Assembly: GCA_963976765.1 (NCBI GenBank)
Contig: CAXBME010000004.1
Span: 248,001-312,000, forward strand
From: an uncultured Planctomycetaceae bacterium
GTDB lineage: Bacteria; Planctomycetota; Planctomycetia; Planctomycetales; Planctomycetaceae
Direction: 5' to 3'
Length of the DNA: 64,000 bases
The first letter of the stretch is position 1, and every line of letters begins with the position of its first letter. Below, in pieces: positions 1 to 10,116 of this stretch. Made by a program: the position numbers and the translations under genes. The notes under the pieces are model-generated. The model was given only the letters and a program-made list of their open reading frames with translations, had not been told where the DNA came from and ran no database searches.

Positions 1-1
1 C

Positions 2-3000
2 GTTGTAGTAGTAGAGAAACTCGTGAGGGGATTCGACCGTTTTTCCCTGCAGGACGGGAAGGATTGGTTTGCCGTCGATCGTTCGATCACTCGGTTGCTC
101 GACCCCCGCGAGTTCACAGAACAGTGGCAGCAAATCCATGCTGGAGATGGTCGCGCCGGAAACCTGCCCGGACGGGATGACTCCCGGCCAGCGGAAGATG
201 CCGGGCACACGATGCCCGCCTTCCATTGTGCAATACTTGCCGCCGGCCAGACCACCCGATGACCCGAACCTGGTCGGGCCATTGTCCGACGTAAAGACAA
301 CCAGCGTGTTGTCGTCGATGCCTGCATCCCGGATTGCGTTCAGAATCCGTCCGGTGCTGTGATCCAGTTCTTTGATGAAGTCACCGTACTTACCTTTCGT
401 GGATGTGCCGACGAAGTCTTTGCTGGGCAACAGCGGGGAGTGCACGATGTGGTGCGAAATGTAGATGAAGAACGGATCGTCTTTCTGCCGCTTGATGAAA
501 TCGACAACCTCATCGGTATAACGCTTCGTCAGTTCTTCACAGGCCACGTTTTTCTTCTCAACTTGCCTGCCACGGTAAAGCGTGTTGTAGTCTGGCCCTC
601 GATCTTTGGAGTAATTGCTGGGGATGCCGAGGTGTTCATCAAAGCCGGCATCAATCGGATGCGAACCTTCTACTCCCATACCCAGATGCCACTTACCAAC
701 CATCAGCGAGCGATAGCCCGCAGGTTTCAACAGTTCCGGGATCGTGATCTCTTCCGGCAGGAAGCCGTAGTCCTTGTACTTCGATCCCGGTGTTTCCTTC
801 CGAGCAACCGGAATTCCACATCGCATCGGGTAACGCCCGGTGAGAAGTGACGCACGTGAAGGACTGCACACGTTGGCTGGAACGAAGAAATCCGTGCTGC
901 GAAATCCCTCGGCGGCAAGGGCATCAATGTTCGCTGTCTGGACGCCTTCCCGGGCGTAACAACTGATGTCGCCGTAGCCGAGATCGTCGGCGAAGATGAC
1001 CACGAAGTTTGGTTTCGCCGTCGCTGCACGCGGTGCCTGAGCCTCTGACGGTGCGGGTGCTTGCGTCGTTTGAAGAAATTCCGCCAGCACCTTCGCATCG
1101 AACTGGAAGTCATCAACGGTGATGTGACCCCAGCCGGTTGTTGAGTGGTCAACGATCTTGATAAACATCTTCCGGCCGACAAAGGGAGTGAGATCCCACG
1201 TCGCTTCCTGCATCACCTGGTCGTTCACGCCTCGGGCGAATTGAACCTCTTTGCCGTCCGCCGTGCATAGCGCGGCATAGGTGGATTGGCCTGAACCACC
1301 CCCAATCCGGAATGTCATTTTTCCGCCTTCAGGAACAAACAGCGGTGACACGATCACACCCGTCTGGCTGTCCATTCCGCGTTCAGCGTCGGCCGTGGAT
1401 TCGAGTGTGGTCAGGTAGTACTTACCCTGCTTGTTGTATTCCTGCCCGTTCCTGAAGAACTCGGACCGGCTTCCGATGACGTGCCCGAACTGCCCTTCGA
1501 TCACTTTCCAGGGCTCCAGTCTGCCCGACTCAAAGTCCAGCGAAGCGCTTCGAGTACTCGGCATGGCCGCAGTCTTTTTGGCAGCCTTGCCCGATGAACG
1601 CGGACTTTTCTGGCTCCCAGTGGCAAGCTTCGTTCTTTTCGGCGCGTAGGTTGCCAGCAGCGCACTCAACTCTTTCACCACGTCGGGATGATCGTTGATC
1701 ACGTTCTGTGTCTCATTCACATCCGCTTTCAGATCGTAAAGCTGAGCGGGAGGCGCATCGTCTTTGATTTTTCCGTTTTCGATGTCGCTGTTCACCGATC
1801 CCACAAAACTGGCCGCGGCCGGTCCGGCGAACGTGTGACTACTGGGAGTCTTTCCCCCGAATCCACCGCTGCCCTGCCGGGGGATATACATCCACTTTCC
1901 TTTGCGAACCGACAGATGCGTGCCCTTGTTCGGAGCAAGGACCAGATGGTCTCGCACCTGCTCTTCCGGTTCCTCGACGAAAGTAGGAAGCATGTTGACA
2001 CTGTCCGCCTGCTGAGCTTTGTCCAGCGTCTGATTCGTCAATGCGGCAAACGTCGCCAGCATGTCAACGTTGCCGATCAACTGGTCTGACATCGTGCCGG
2101 CCTTCACCTTGCCTGGCCAACGGACGATCATCGGCACGCGATGGCCGCCTTCCCAGACGCCAAACTTGAACCCAAGCAGATCGCCGTTCTGTCGATGTCC
2201 GGCCTTGAAGGCGGCCTGTCCGCCGAAGTTGAACATGCCTCCGTTGTCGCTGGTGAAGATGACGAGAGTGTTGTCGCTCAATCCGTTGTCTTCGAGACAC
2301 GTCAAAATCTCACCGACGATCCAGTCGAGTTCATGGATGAAGTCACCATACAGCCCGCACTGGCTGGTGCCCTGAAATCGTTCTGCAGGAGTAAACGGGT
2401 GATGAATATTCGTCGTCGCCAGGTACAGAAAGAAGGGATTGTCTTTGCGCTCGTTGATCCATTCGACGGACCTCTTTGCGAGTGTCGTACCTACCTGGTA
2501 ATCGTTGAACAGCTTGTGAGCTGCCTTTGCTCCGCCGAATACATTGCCACTGCGCTGCGCGGCTTCCGGCGGAATGGGCGTGATCGGCGTAGCGTTCTTC
2601 GCGTTCCGCCCAAGATAAATCAGCGGGTCGTCAGGATCGCTGCCCACAACGCGGTCGTTCTCCACATAGACATAAGGAGGGGCACTATTAACGACCGGCA
2701 TACCGAAGTAGTAATCGAAACCGAGATCCTGCGGCCCGGGACGTAGCGGCTCCTGCCACTTGTTTGTTCCTGCGCCAAATCCCAGATGCCACTTCCCGAA
2801 TGCGGCCGTGTCATAGCCGCTGCCTTTAAAGACATCCGCAATCGTTGTTTTGTCGGTATCGACAATCAGTGGAGAGGTGATCGGGGCCGGCCCCCAGACT
2901 CCCCCGCCTCCGTTCGCTCGTAGAGGGTATTCCCCAGTGAGAAGTGCATAGCGCGACGGCGTGCAGACGGCCGATACCGAATGAGCATCCGTGAAACGGC

Positions 3001-3187
3001 GTCCCTCGGCGGCAAGCCTGTCGATGTTAGGCGTCTGTACTTTGGTGGCGCCATAGCATCCCAGGTCGCCATAGCCGAGATCGTCGGCAAAGATCAGAAC
3101 GACGTTTGGTGGCTGCTCCGCTGCAAACGTGGTCTCAACCAACAGAGGAAACAGGCTCAGGCATTGAACGAGTGAAATCAGCTTCAT
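2..3187 (-). CDS. Secreted tandem sulfatase fusion (sulfatase - beta-sandwich/CBM-like module - second sulfatase); 3' end lies beyond the window edge
   Basis: Not in the ORF track because it has no stop inside the window. Manual translation from ATG 3187 gives MKLISLVQCLSLFPLLVETTFAAEQPPNVVLIFADDLGYGD...VCTPSRYALLTG. A second in-frame domain at ~1020-840 reads KPNFVVIFADDLGYGD...VCSPSRASLLTGRYP. Codons of both domains share one frame. Confidence 0.88.
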   Translation of the reverse strand, partial: MKLISLVQCLSLFPLLVETTFAAEQPPNVVLIFADDLGYGDLGCYGATKVQTPNIDRLAAEGRRFTDAHSVSAVCTPSRYALLTGEYPLRANGGGGVWGPAPITSPLIVDTDKTTIADVFKGSGYDTAAFGKWHLGFGAGTNKWQEPLRPGPQDLGFDYYFGMPVVNSAPPYVYVENDRVVGSDPDDPLIYLGRNAKNATPITPIPPEAAQRSGNVFGGAKAAHKLFNDYQVGTTLAKRSVEWINERKDNPFFLYLATTNIHHPFTPAERFQGTSQCGLYGDFIHELDWIVGEILTCLEDNGLSDNTLVIFTSDNGGMFNFGGQAAFKAGHRQNGDLLGFKFGVWEGGHRVPMIVRWPGKVKAGTMSDQLIGNVDMLATFAALTNQTLDKAQQADSVNMLPTFVEEPEEQVRDHLVLAPNKGTHLSVRKGKWMYIPRQGSGGFGGKTPSSHTFAGPAAASFVGSVNSDIENGKIKDDAPPAQLYDLKADVNETQNVINDHPDVVKELSALLATYAPKRTKLATGSQKSPRSSGKAAKKTAAMPSTRSASLDFESGRLEPWKVIEGQFGHVIGSRSEFFRNGQEYNKQGKYYLTTLESTADAERGMDSQTGVIVSPLFVPEGGKMTFRIGGGSGQSTYAALCTADGKEVQFARGVNDQVMQEATWDLTPFVGRKMFIKIVDHSTTGWGHITVDDFQFDAKVLAEFLQTTQAPAPSEAQAPRAATAKPNFVVIFADDLGYGDISCYAREGVQTANIDALAAEGFRSTDFFVPANVCSPSRASLLTGRYPMRCGIPVARKETPGSKYKDYGFLPEEITIPELLKPAGYRSLMVGKWHLGMGVEGSHPIDAGFDEHLGIPSNYSKDRGPDYNTLYRGRQVEKKNVACEELTKRYTDEVVDFIKRQKDDPFFIYISHHIVHSPLLPSKDFVGTSTKGKYGDFIKELDHSTGRILNAIRDAGIDDNTLVVFTSDNGPTRFGSSGGLAGGKYCTMEGGHRVPGIFRWPGVIPSGQVSGATISSMDLLPLFCELAGVEQPSDRTIDGKPILPVLQGKTVESPHEFLYYYN

Positions 3188-3230
3188 GTGAATACTTCAA
3201 AACGGAGTGGGATTACGGGCGAAAGCAGTG

Positions 3231-4670
3231 CTATCGAGATGGGTCGAACTCAAAGAGCGGTTTGATTTCAGGAGGCAGCGGACCTGCGTTCGTCGCGCGA
3301 TACTTCGAGAAGCATTCGGGATCGGGTTTCTCGGGAAGCGTCGCGTGCCAGGCTTTGAGTTTCTGTAGCAGTTCGCTGGCGATCTCAGGGTGTGATGCCT
3401 TCAGGTTGTTCTTTTCCAATGGGTCCTGACTCATGTCGTAGAGCTCAAGCACGTCGAAGTTCATACTGGTCAACAGTCTCCATTGCCCATCCAGAATCGA
3501 ATAGACGGGGCCGTTCCGACTTGGCAGCCCTTTCCAGAACAGCGGCTTGTCGCGCGATGCATGTTCTATGCCCTGCAACGTTGCCAGCTGGCTCATGCCG
3601 TCTGGCTGATACCCCTCGGGAAGTAATGCACCGGCAATTTCACAGAACGTCGGGAGCAGATCGACGGCGGAGATCAACGAAACATCATCGATGGCCCCCG
3701 CCTTGATCTTTCCTGGCCAGCGGGCAATGAACGGGACTCCAATCCCTCCCTGAAGAATTGACTTCTTCCGCCCGTTTCGGCCGCCGGTTGTGCCCACGGA
3801 ACAGCCAATTCCGAATCCCTCGCCGGTCGCGGAGTCGTACATCGTCGTTAGTTTGCCCCCGCGGCCGCTGCCCGCAGGACCATTGTCTGAGCTGAAAACC
3901 ACCAGCGTATTGTCGGACAGATTCAACCTGTCCAACGCCGCCAGCAGTTGGCCAATCCGGTCGTCGGCGTGTGAAAGTACTGCGGCGTAGACGTTGTCTG
4001 TGTCACCCAGTTCTGGGAATCGCCGACGATACTCCGGCAGCGTGTGAAACGGAGTGTGTGGTTCGTGCATCCACAGATTGATGAAGAACGGCTTCTTTGC
4101 GGCGGCGCTCTTCTCCATGAAATCAATGGCACGAGCAGAGTCGTCGTGGACTGGCATTTGCTCACCAGCGCAGTTGAAGGCCCCGTACTCGTCGTAACCG
4201 TAATCCATCGGCAGCGGCGAATCGGGGATCATGTTATTTGCAAGGTGCCATTTCCCGAAGTGCGCCGTCGAGTAGCCTGCCGACTGCAGCATTTTCGGAA
4301 GTGTCGGCGTTTCTGGATCGAGCCAGTCCGGCATCCCGCGATTCGCATTACTTCTCACTGCCGCAAAGTGACCGTCGATACTGTAGCGCGCGGGGAAGTG
4401 TCCGGTCATCACCGCTGTACGGCTTGGGGAACACACACCACTGGCGACAGTGAAACGGGTGAAGTCCGTCCCTTCTTTCGCCAACCGGTCAATGTTCGGC
4501 GTTTTCACATAGGGGTGCCCGTGACAGCCGAGATCACCCCAGCCCCAGTCGTCCGTAAAAATGAACAGAATGTTTGGCCTGGCCGCATCATCCGGCCGAC
4601 CCTCTGCAGACTCCACGTAAGTCGACAGCAGAAGGAAAGTTAGTATGTGAAAGACTAGATGCTGTTTCAT
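3231..4670 (-). CDS. Cys-type (S1) sulfatase, secreted
   Basis: PNILFIFTDDWGWGD, CSPSR, GKWHL and SSDNG motifs; signal-like N-terminus from ATG 4670 (the track start 4703 lies inside a repeat arm). Confidence 0.93.
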   Translation of the reverse strand: MKQHLVFHILTFLLLSTYVESAEGRPDDAARPNILFIFTDDWGWGDLGCHGHPYVKTPNIDRLAKEGTDFTRFTVASGVCSPSRTAVMTGHFPARYSIDGHFAAVRSNANRGMPDWLDPETPTLPKMLQSAGYSTAHFGKWHLANNMIPDSPLPMDYGYDEYGAFNCAGEQMPVHDDSARAIDFMEKSAAAKKPFFINLWMHEPHTPFHTLPEYRRRFPELGDTDNVYAAVLSHADDRIGQLLAALDRLNLSDNTLVVFSSDNGPAGSGRGGKLTTMYDSATGEGFGIGCSVGTTGGRNGRKKSILQGGIGVPFIARWPGKIKAGAIDDVSLISAVDLLPTFCEIAGALLPEGYQPDGMSQLATLQGIEHASRDKPLFWKGLPSRNGPVYSILDGQWRLLTSMNFDVLELYDMSQDPLEKNNLKASHPEIASELLQKLKAWHATLPEKPDPECFSKYRATNAGPLPPEIKPLFEFDPSR

Positions 4671-4687
4671 TGGTCTACTTTGCCCCC

Positions 4688-4883
4688 GCCACAGATAGAA
4701 CATTGATTTGCACGGATAACAGTCTGCTGCAAAAGGTAACCAAACGCGTCAGCGAGGGACTGAAACTCCCTGTTTTCACCGGATGTTGTCCTTCGCTGAC
4801 GCGTCGGGTTACCAGGTGCCGAAAGGCTGATACTGTACCGGGAAGCGGTTGTTAACTGTGCCAATTCGTGGAAAATCTGTGGC
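4688..4883. repeat. CACRGAT-periodic palindromic element, copy A, with a nested REP doublet
   Basis: Left arm GCCACAGATAGAACATTGATTTGCACGGAT (4688-4717); right arm AACTGTGCCAATTCGTGGAAAATCTGTGGC (4854-4883). Confidence 0.75.
4735..4813. repeat. REP/REPIN-like inverted pair
   Basis: GGTAACCAAACGCGTCAGCGAGGGAC ... GTCCTTCGCTGACGCGTCGGGTTACC, a near-perfect inverted repeat. Confidence 0.8.
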
Positions 4884-4911
4884 TTAATAAGTCAGTGGAA
4901 TATCACAAAAC

Positions 4912-6291
4912 TCAATAGTTCACTGTCCCACCACGGACGGGCTTCTGCCGCTCGCTTTTCCACCAGTGATCGGGACCTTCGGATTCGATGTCTTTCCAGA
5001 CTTCGAAAAGCCGCCTCTTCATCTCTTCAGTTCTCTCCGGCATCGATGCCGCGAGGTCGTGTTCTTCCCGCCAGTCTTTCTGGATCTCGTAGAGTTGGAA
5101 CTTCGTCAGCGTTTCGTCACCAACCAGTTTCCAGTCTCCAATGCGCAGAGCCACTCGATCTTCAGGCGGCGAGACGTGAGTTCGCCAGAAGAGCGGGATT
5201 TTCCTTTCAACAGGCTTGCCTTCAAAAGCGGGGACCATGCTGACGCCGTCGATCGTGCGATCGACTGGCAACGGAACGCCAGTGATGTCGAGCACGGTGG
5301 CAAAGATGTCCGTACCGATTACGGGAATATCGCTGACCGTTCCCGGCTTAATGTGCCCCGGCCAGCGAACAACGCCGGGCACACGGATACCACCTTCATG
5401 ATCGTTTCGTTTGTTGCCGCGCAAACCGCCCGTTGTTCCACCGAATGCAGGAACCGGGCCATTGTCCGATGTGAAGATCAACAAGGTATTGTCGCTCACG
5501 CCTTCCTTGTCCAATGCCGCCATCACCAGGCCCAACGCGTGATCCAGTTGGGTGATGTTGCCCATGTATTTGCTGTTCTCGTGCCCGTCATACAGATCGG
5601 AGAAGTGCGGATCGGTCGCGATCGGCGAGTGTGGCTCATGTACCCAGATGGAAAGTGCAAACGGTTTCGAATCATCACGCACTTCACTCAACCAGCGCGA
5701 TGCTTCAGCGGCAACCAGTGGTGCAGAGAAACCTTTGAGTTCACCAACGGGCTCGCCGTTTCGGACGAAGTTGTTCGGGTTCTTGTGACTTGGCTCGGCA
5801 TTATTGTGCGTGGCCATCCAATAGTCGTATCCATGATCGCCAGGTTGTGGATACGTTGGAGTATTAAACTGGTGCCGCGAAGTGAGATGCCATTTTCCAA
5901 CGTGGCAGGTTTCATATCCAATCGATTTGAGCAGCTTCGGATAGGTGATTTCACTGACCCGCAAGTGAGCTTCGTGATTTCCCGACAGGTGCCGATAGAC
6001 GCCGTTCCGATAAGGAGTTCGCCCGGTCAGGATTGCGGATCGCGACGGTGAACAGACACCGCAGGCCGAATAGCACTGCGTGAACTTCACCCCCTGCGAC
6101 GCGAGACTGTCGAGATTGGGCGTTTGAATCTGTTTGTGACCGTACGTCGCCGAATCGCCCCAGCCCATGTCGTCGGCCAGGAAGACCACGATGTTAGGTC
6201 TGGCTGGTTCAGCGGCGCAGAGACTTGCCAGCGGAGCGAGTAGCATCACAACAAGTGCGATTTTTAGGGTCTTTACGATCGGGCGGGGCAT
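4912..6291 (-). CDS. Cys-type (S1) sulfatase, secreted
   Basis: PNIVVFLADDMGWGD, CSPSR, GKWHL and TSDNG motifs; signal peptide. Confidence 0.93.
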   Translation of the reverse strand: MPRPIVKTLKIALVVMLLAPLASLCAAEPARPNIVVFLADDMGWGDSATYGHKQIQTPNLDSLASQGVKFTQCYSACGVCSPSRSAILTGRTPYRNGVYRHLSGNHEAHLRVSEITYPKLLKSIGYETCHVGKWHLTSRHQFNTPTYPQPGDHGYDYWMATHNNAEPSHKNPNNFVRNGEPVGELKGFSAPLVAAEASRWLSEVRDDSKPFALSIWVHEPHSPIATDPHFSDLYDGHENSKYMGNITQLDHALGLVMAALDKEGVSDNTLLIFTSDNGPVPAFGGTTGGLRGNKRNDHEGGIRVPGVVRWPGHIKPGTVSDIPVIGTDIFATVLDITGVPLPVDRTIDGVSMVPAFEGKPVERKIPLFWRTHVSPPEDRVALRIGDWKLVGDETLTKFQLYEIQKDWREEHDLAASMPERTEEMKRRLFEVWKDIESEGPDHWWKSERQKPVRGGTVNY

Positions 6292-6346
6292 TTAGTGTTC
6301 TCCAGGACCGTTCGACCTGGCCTTCCTGTTTCCATGACTGGTTGTG

Positions 6347-8776
6347 CTACCTGGCAAGAAATACCTTGCTGGTCGTTGCTGCGATGATGAGGTTCTGCAA
6401 TCTGTAGCCAGCTTCTGGCGCTGACGCGACAATTTCGTCCACGACCCGCTGGTCGCCGACAGACAGCCTGCGACCGGCTCCGTACTCGAGCAGTTTGGTC
6501 AGCAGGCATCGGGTGAAGATTTCCGGATTCGCCAGCAGCGTTTTCCGGATCGATTCGGCACCGTTGAGTTGCGTGCCGTCGGGCATTGTTGCGGTGGCAT
6601 CAATCGGTGATTTGTCGTTGAGATACGAGTTCCGCCAGCCACCGACTGCGTCGTAGTTTTCAAGGGCAAGACCGAACGGATCGATATCGCGATGGCATTT
6701 GGCGCAAGTCACGATCTTCTGGTGAGCCGCGAGCGTCTCGCGCACATTAGTCGCCTGACTTGTGTCGACATCGAGAGCCGGGACGTCTTTCGGCGGAGGC
6801 GGTGGCTCCTGACCGAAGAGGTTCCCCAGGACCCATACGCCGCGCAGAATCGGAGATGATTCGACACCGTCTCCGGTCACCGTGAGCACTCCTGGGAGTC
6901 CGAGCACTCCTCCACGGGCGAGGACATGAGCGGGCGTGGCCGGTGGCGGGCTGGAAAGACTGATCCGCTCGGGTTCTGGCCAGACAAGACTCTGACGCTG
7001 ACGTGCCGCGACTGCTCCGAGGGTCTTATCCCGCTTCGATTTCATGCCCCAGACGACCTGCATCGCGCTGTTCGCGTATGTGAAGTCCGAGTCGATGAAC
7101 GTGGCGATTGGCAGGTTCTCGCGAAGAACTTCTTCGAAGAACATCTCCGTCGAGCGGACGAATCCGTATCGGACGTTGTCATCCCACTCGTAGCGGTTGT
7201 CGCACACGTTGATTGACGCGACGGTCCTGTTCCCCAGCCATTGTCCGGTGAAGTGCTTCACGAACTGTTGCGACCTGGGATCGCTCAAAAGACGCTGAGT
7301 CTGAGCTGCGAGTGTTTTCGGTTCAGAGAGTGTGCCGGCTGCTGCCAGGTCGAGAAGTTGATCGTCCGGCATCGTGCTCCAGAGGAAGTACGAGAGACGC
7401 GACGCCAGTGCGTACTCGCTGAGCACTTGGGAATCCTCCGCCTCGCGATAGAGAAACTCGGGAGAGCACAGCAATCGACGAATCGCGTAATGCCAGGCGA
7501 ATTCAGTTCTCCCGCTCTGTTGACCATGACGCAACACGGCGGCGATCAGTCGTTCGACCTCGGCATCCGTCAACGGGCGGCGGTAGGCCTGTTCAGCGAT
7601 CGGAAGCAGTTTTGATTCGAGCTCGGCACGATTGAGGTTTGGCGGCCAGTGACCAAAGAAGTCCCTGACTCGCGGGGGAACGTCCACAGGACCTTCGATT
7701 TTCATCTCGCGCAGTTCAACGGTTGGTTCGGGACGATTGATCAGCTTCTTGAGTTCTCGACTGACCTCGCTTCTATTCAGGTCGCCCGTTGGATACTCAT
7801 CGGGAGAGAATCGATTGGCGCAATACACGTGAAACGTCTCGCCAGCTTCGACCGGCACATCGCATTCAATCCAGGTTGGCTCACCGGTTGGAACATCGAC
7901 TTCGGCAACCAGAGTGGCGCGTTCCAATCGATACCGTTTTGGCAATTGCTCTTCTGTTGGATCGAACGCGTAGAAGCTGAGGCGAAGAGGCTTGCCATCT
8001 GCGCCGGATTCAGCCTGAGCATTAGCCAGAAGCCTGACGCGATAAATACCAGACGCCCGCGCGACGAACAGACTGTCCCAAAGTGCCCCGACCCAGCCCG
8101 ATTGATTGAAACCGGTGAACTTCAGGAACTCTTTCTTTGGACCAAACCATCGGCGGCCAGCGTCACCACCGATCGTTTCTGTCACAAGACTCGACTGATA
8201 AGTCGGATGATCAGGTAATGGAGCAAATCGATCGGCGATGCTGGTAGCAACGTCGTGATACCCCTCCATGACGGCAGGCGACAGAAACAGCCCGGCAGGC
8301 ATGGTGTCGAATTCGGCTCGGGTCGCATCTTCCGGGAAAGAGGCCGGCAGGTTGATCATACGCAGGCCGAAAATATCCCGCACGGTGTTGAGATACTCGA
8401 TGCGGTTCAGTCGTCGCACCGAAGTGCCACCCACCTGGGCTTCCCGGTCGGCCTGTGTGAATGCGTCGTCGATTACCGTCAGAAATGCCTTGCGGCTCTC
8501 GGCAGAGGGATGTTTGCTCGCTGCCTTCGGTGGCATGTCTCTTTTAGTGACGTAATCACGGACCAGCTCCCACTTCTCACGCGATTCAGAATCGGTGAGC
8601 TTCCAGGCCAGAGTGTCGATGCGGAACTCGCCCTTCTGCTTGCCTGCTCCGTGGCAGTCGACACAGAATTCGCGAGTAAACGTGGTGACGCCATCAGGCT
8701 GGTCAGCTCTCACTAAGCCACAAAGGCACAAAGTCAGAACAAACATCAGCGAGGCTTCGTGCCTTCGTGTCTTCAT
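6347..8776 (-). CDS. DUF1592/DUF1588 (PSD-domain) planctomycete cytochrome c protein
   Basis: CVDCH and CAKCH heme motifs; RRLNRIEYLNTVRD, ASRLSYFLWSTMPD, SPILRGVWV and DPFGLALENYD. The likely start ATG 8776 avoids overlap with the upstream gene. Confidence 0.88.
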   Translation of the reverse strand: MKTRRHEASLMFVLTLCLCGLVRADQPDGVTTFTREFCVDCHGAGKQKGEFRIDTLAWKLTDSESREKWELVRDYVTKRDMPPKAASKHPSAESRKAFLTVIDDAFTQADREAQVGGTSVRRLNRIEYLNTVRDIFGLRMINLPASFPEDATRAEFDTMPAGLFLSPAVMEGYHDVATSIADRFAPLPDHPTYQSSLVTETIGGDAGRRWFGPKKEFLKFTGFNQSGWVGALWDSLFVARASGIYRVRLLANAQAESGADGKPLRLSFYAFDPTEEQLPKRYRLERATLVAEVDVPTGEPTWIECDVPVEAGETFHVYCANRFSPDEYPTGDLNRSEVSRELKKLINRPEPTVELREMKIEGPVDVPPRVRDFFGHWPPNLNRAELESKLLPIAEQAYRRPLTDAEVERLIAAVLRHGQQSGRTEFAWHYAIRRLLCSPEFLYREAEDSQVLSEYALASRLSYFLWSTMPDDQLLDLAAAGTLSEPKTLAAQTQRLLSDPRSQQFVKHFTGQWLGNRTVASINVCDNRYEWDDNVRYGFVRSTEMFFEEVLRENLPIATFIDSDFTYANSAMQVVWGMKSKRDKTLGAVAARQRQSLVWPEPERISLSSPPPATPAHVLARGGVLGLPGVLTVTGDGVESSPILRGVWVLGNLFGQEPPPPPKDVPALDVDTSQATNVRETLAAHQKIVTCAKCHRDIDPFGLALENYDAVGGWRNSYLNDKSPIDATATMPDGTQLNGAESIRKTLLANPEIFTRCLLTKLLEYGAGRRLSVGDQRVVDEIVASAPEAGYRLQNLIIAATTSKVFLAR

Positions 8777-8784
8777 GCGAGATC

Positions 8785-10035
8785 TCAAAGCAACACTCCG
8801 TTCAGATTCGACTGGCTCGTGGCGAAGGACTCCATCTCGAACCCCAGCTTCTGTAAAACCGTAACGAACAGATCGCACGCCATTTCGTTCTTATGCTCGT
8901 GCTCTGCCCCGCACGAGATGTGACGCTGATGACGATAGCCACCGCCCCCGATCAATAAGGGGAAGTCAACTCGCCGATGTTTCGCGGCATCAGCCATCGC
9001 ACTGCCGATCAGCACGGTCGTGTTGTCGAGCATGCGGGAGCCATCGACATCAACCGTTTCCTTCAGCGATTTCATGAAGCGTGCTGCACCAGCCATATGC
9101 GCCGCTTCGATAGAGATGAGGTCATCGACTTTGCTCTTTTTATTGCCGTGATGCGAAAGGTTGTGGTACCCGGCAGCCATCAGACTGTCACCGAGTATCA
9201 ACGCACCGTCCGCCAGCGGGATGGTGAGCGAGAAGACACGACACGAATCGTTTTTGATCGCCAGAGCCATCAGGTCCCACATGAGATCCTCGTTCTGGAT
9301 CATCATTGAGTGGGCAACATTTTCTTCCCCAGGCAGTTGAAAATCCGGATCGGGCTTTGCGAACGGCTTGTCGAGCCAGTCTCGACGTCGAGCCAGCTTC
9401 TGCTCCACATCACGGACGCTGGAGAAGTACTCGTCGAGCTTTGCCTGGTCTTCGCGACTGACTCGACGGCTCAGCCGTCTCGCGTCAGCGGTCACCTCAT
9501 CGAGCAGACTGCGGCCTGATTCCAGGAGATACTGCTGTCGGCGGAGATTCACGGCATCGCCTCCGAACACCTTCGCGAACATTACGCTGGGGCGAATGAT
9601 CGGCGGCAACGGGATGCCGTTGTTATTGAGCGAAAGCGGCGCATTGAATCGCTGCTCACCCGCACACAGCTGCAGCGATTCATAACGCGTATCGGTACCA
9701 AGCTTCGGAGCAACCAGCTGGTCGAGTGAAATACTGCGATTCACCTGGCCGGTGTAGAGCGTGTAAACCAGCTCATGGCCGTTCCCAGTCGGGCCTTTGT
9801 GATCGAGCCCTGAGACCGTTGTCAGCTTGTCACCAACCCCGGCTGTATCGAATGGTGCTATAAGCCGAGCATTCGGATTGCTCGCAAAGAAGTCCGGCTT
9901 GTACCAGCCGAGTTGCGTTCCCGCGCAAACAAGCCGCCTGGGAGCCTGCTGTCTTTCTTCCGCGTTCAATAGCGATGAAAGAGCAGGCAGTGCAATTGCC
10001 CCCTGTAGAAATCGGCGTCGAGTATGAGATCTCAT
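8785..10035 (-). CDS. DUF1552 (HXXSHH) protein, Tat-exported
   Basis: TRRRFL Tat motif, ISLDQ, KLDEYFSSVRDVE, YHNLSHHG; start 10035 preferred over 10098. Confidence 0.88.
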   Translation of the reverse strand: MRSHTRRRFLQGAIALPALSSLLNAEERQQAPRRLVCAGTQLGWYKPDFFASNPNARLIAPFDTAGVGDKLTTVSGLDHKGPTGNGHELVYTLYTGQVNRSISLDQLVAPKLGTDTRYESLQLCAGEQRFNAPLSLNNNGIPLPPIIRPSVMFAKVFGGDAVNLRRQQYLLESGRSLLDEVTADARRLSRRVSREDQAKLDEYFSSVRDVEQKLARRRDWLDKPFAKPDPDFQLPGEENVAHSMMIQNEDLMWDLMALAIKNDSCRVFSLTIPLADGALILGDSLMAAGYHNLSHHGNKKSKVDDLISIEAAHMAGAARFMKSLKETVDVDGSRMLDNTTVLIGSAMADAAKHRRVDFPLLIGGGGYRHQRHISCGAEHEHKNEMACDLFVTVLQKLGFEMESFATSQSNLNGVLL

Positions 10036-10116
10036 GGATTGGCTCTCGAGTTTCATTTTACAGATCAAGCAGCAACCGTACTGGCGATTCCGTCTCACAG
10101 CGCATTTGGGAATGAA

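Noticed and set aside
23..3175. Many short + strand ORFs in the track
   Set aside because: They are antisense shadows of the long minus-strand sulfatase fusion and carry no motifs of their own.
4966..6051. 361-aa + strand ORF (similarly 14083-14898, 43731-44528, 57289-58080, 61911-62822)
   Set aside because: These are antisense to well-supported genes and typical of stop-poor opposite frames in GC-rich DNA.
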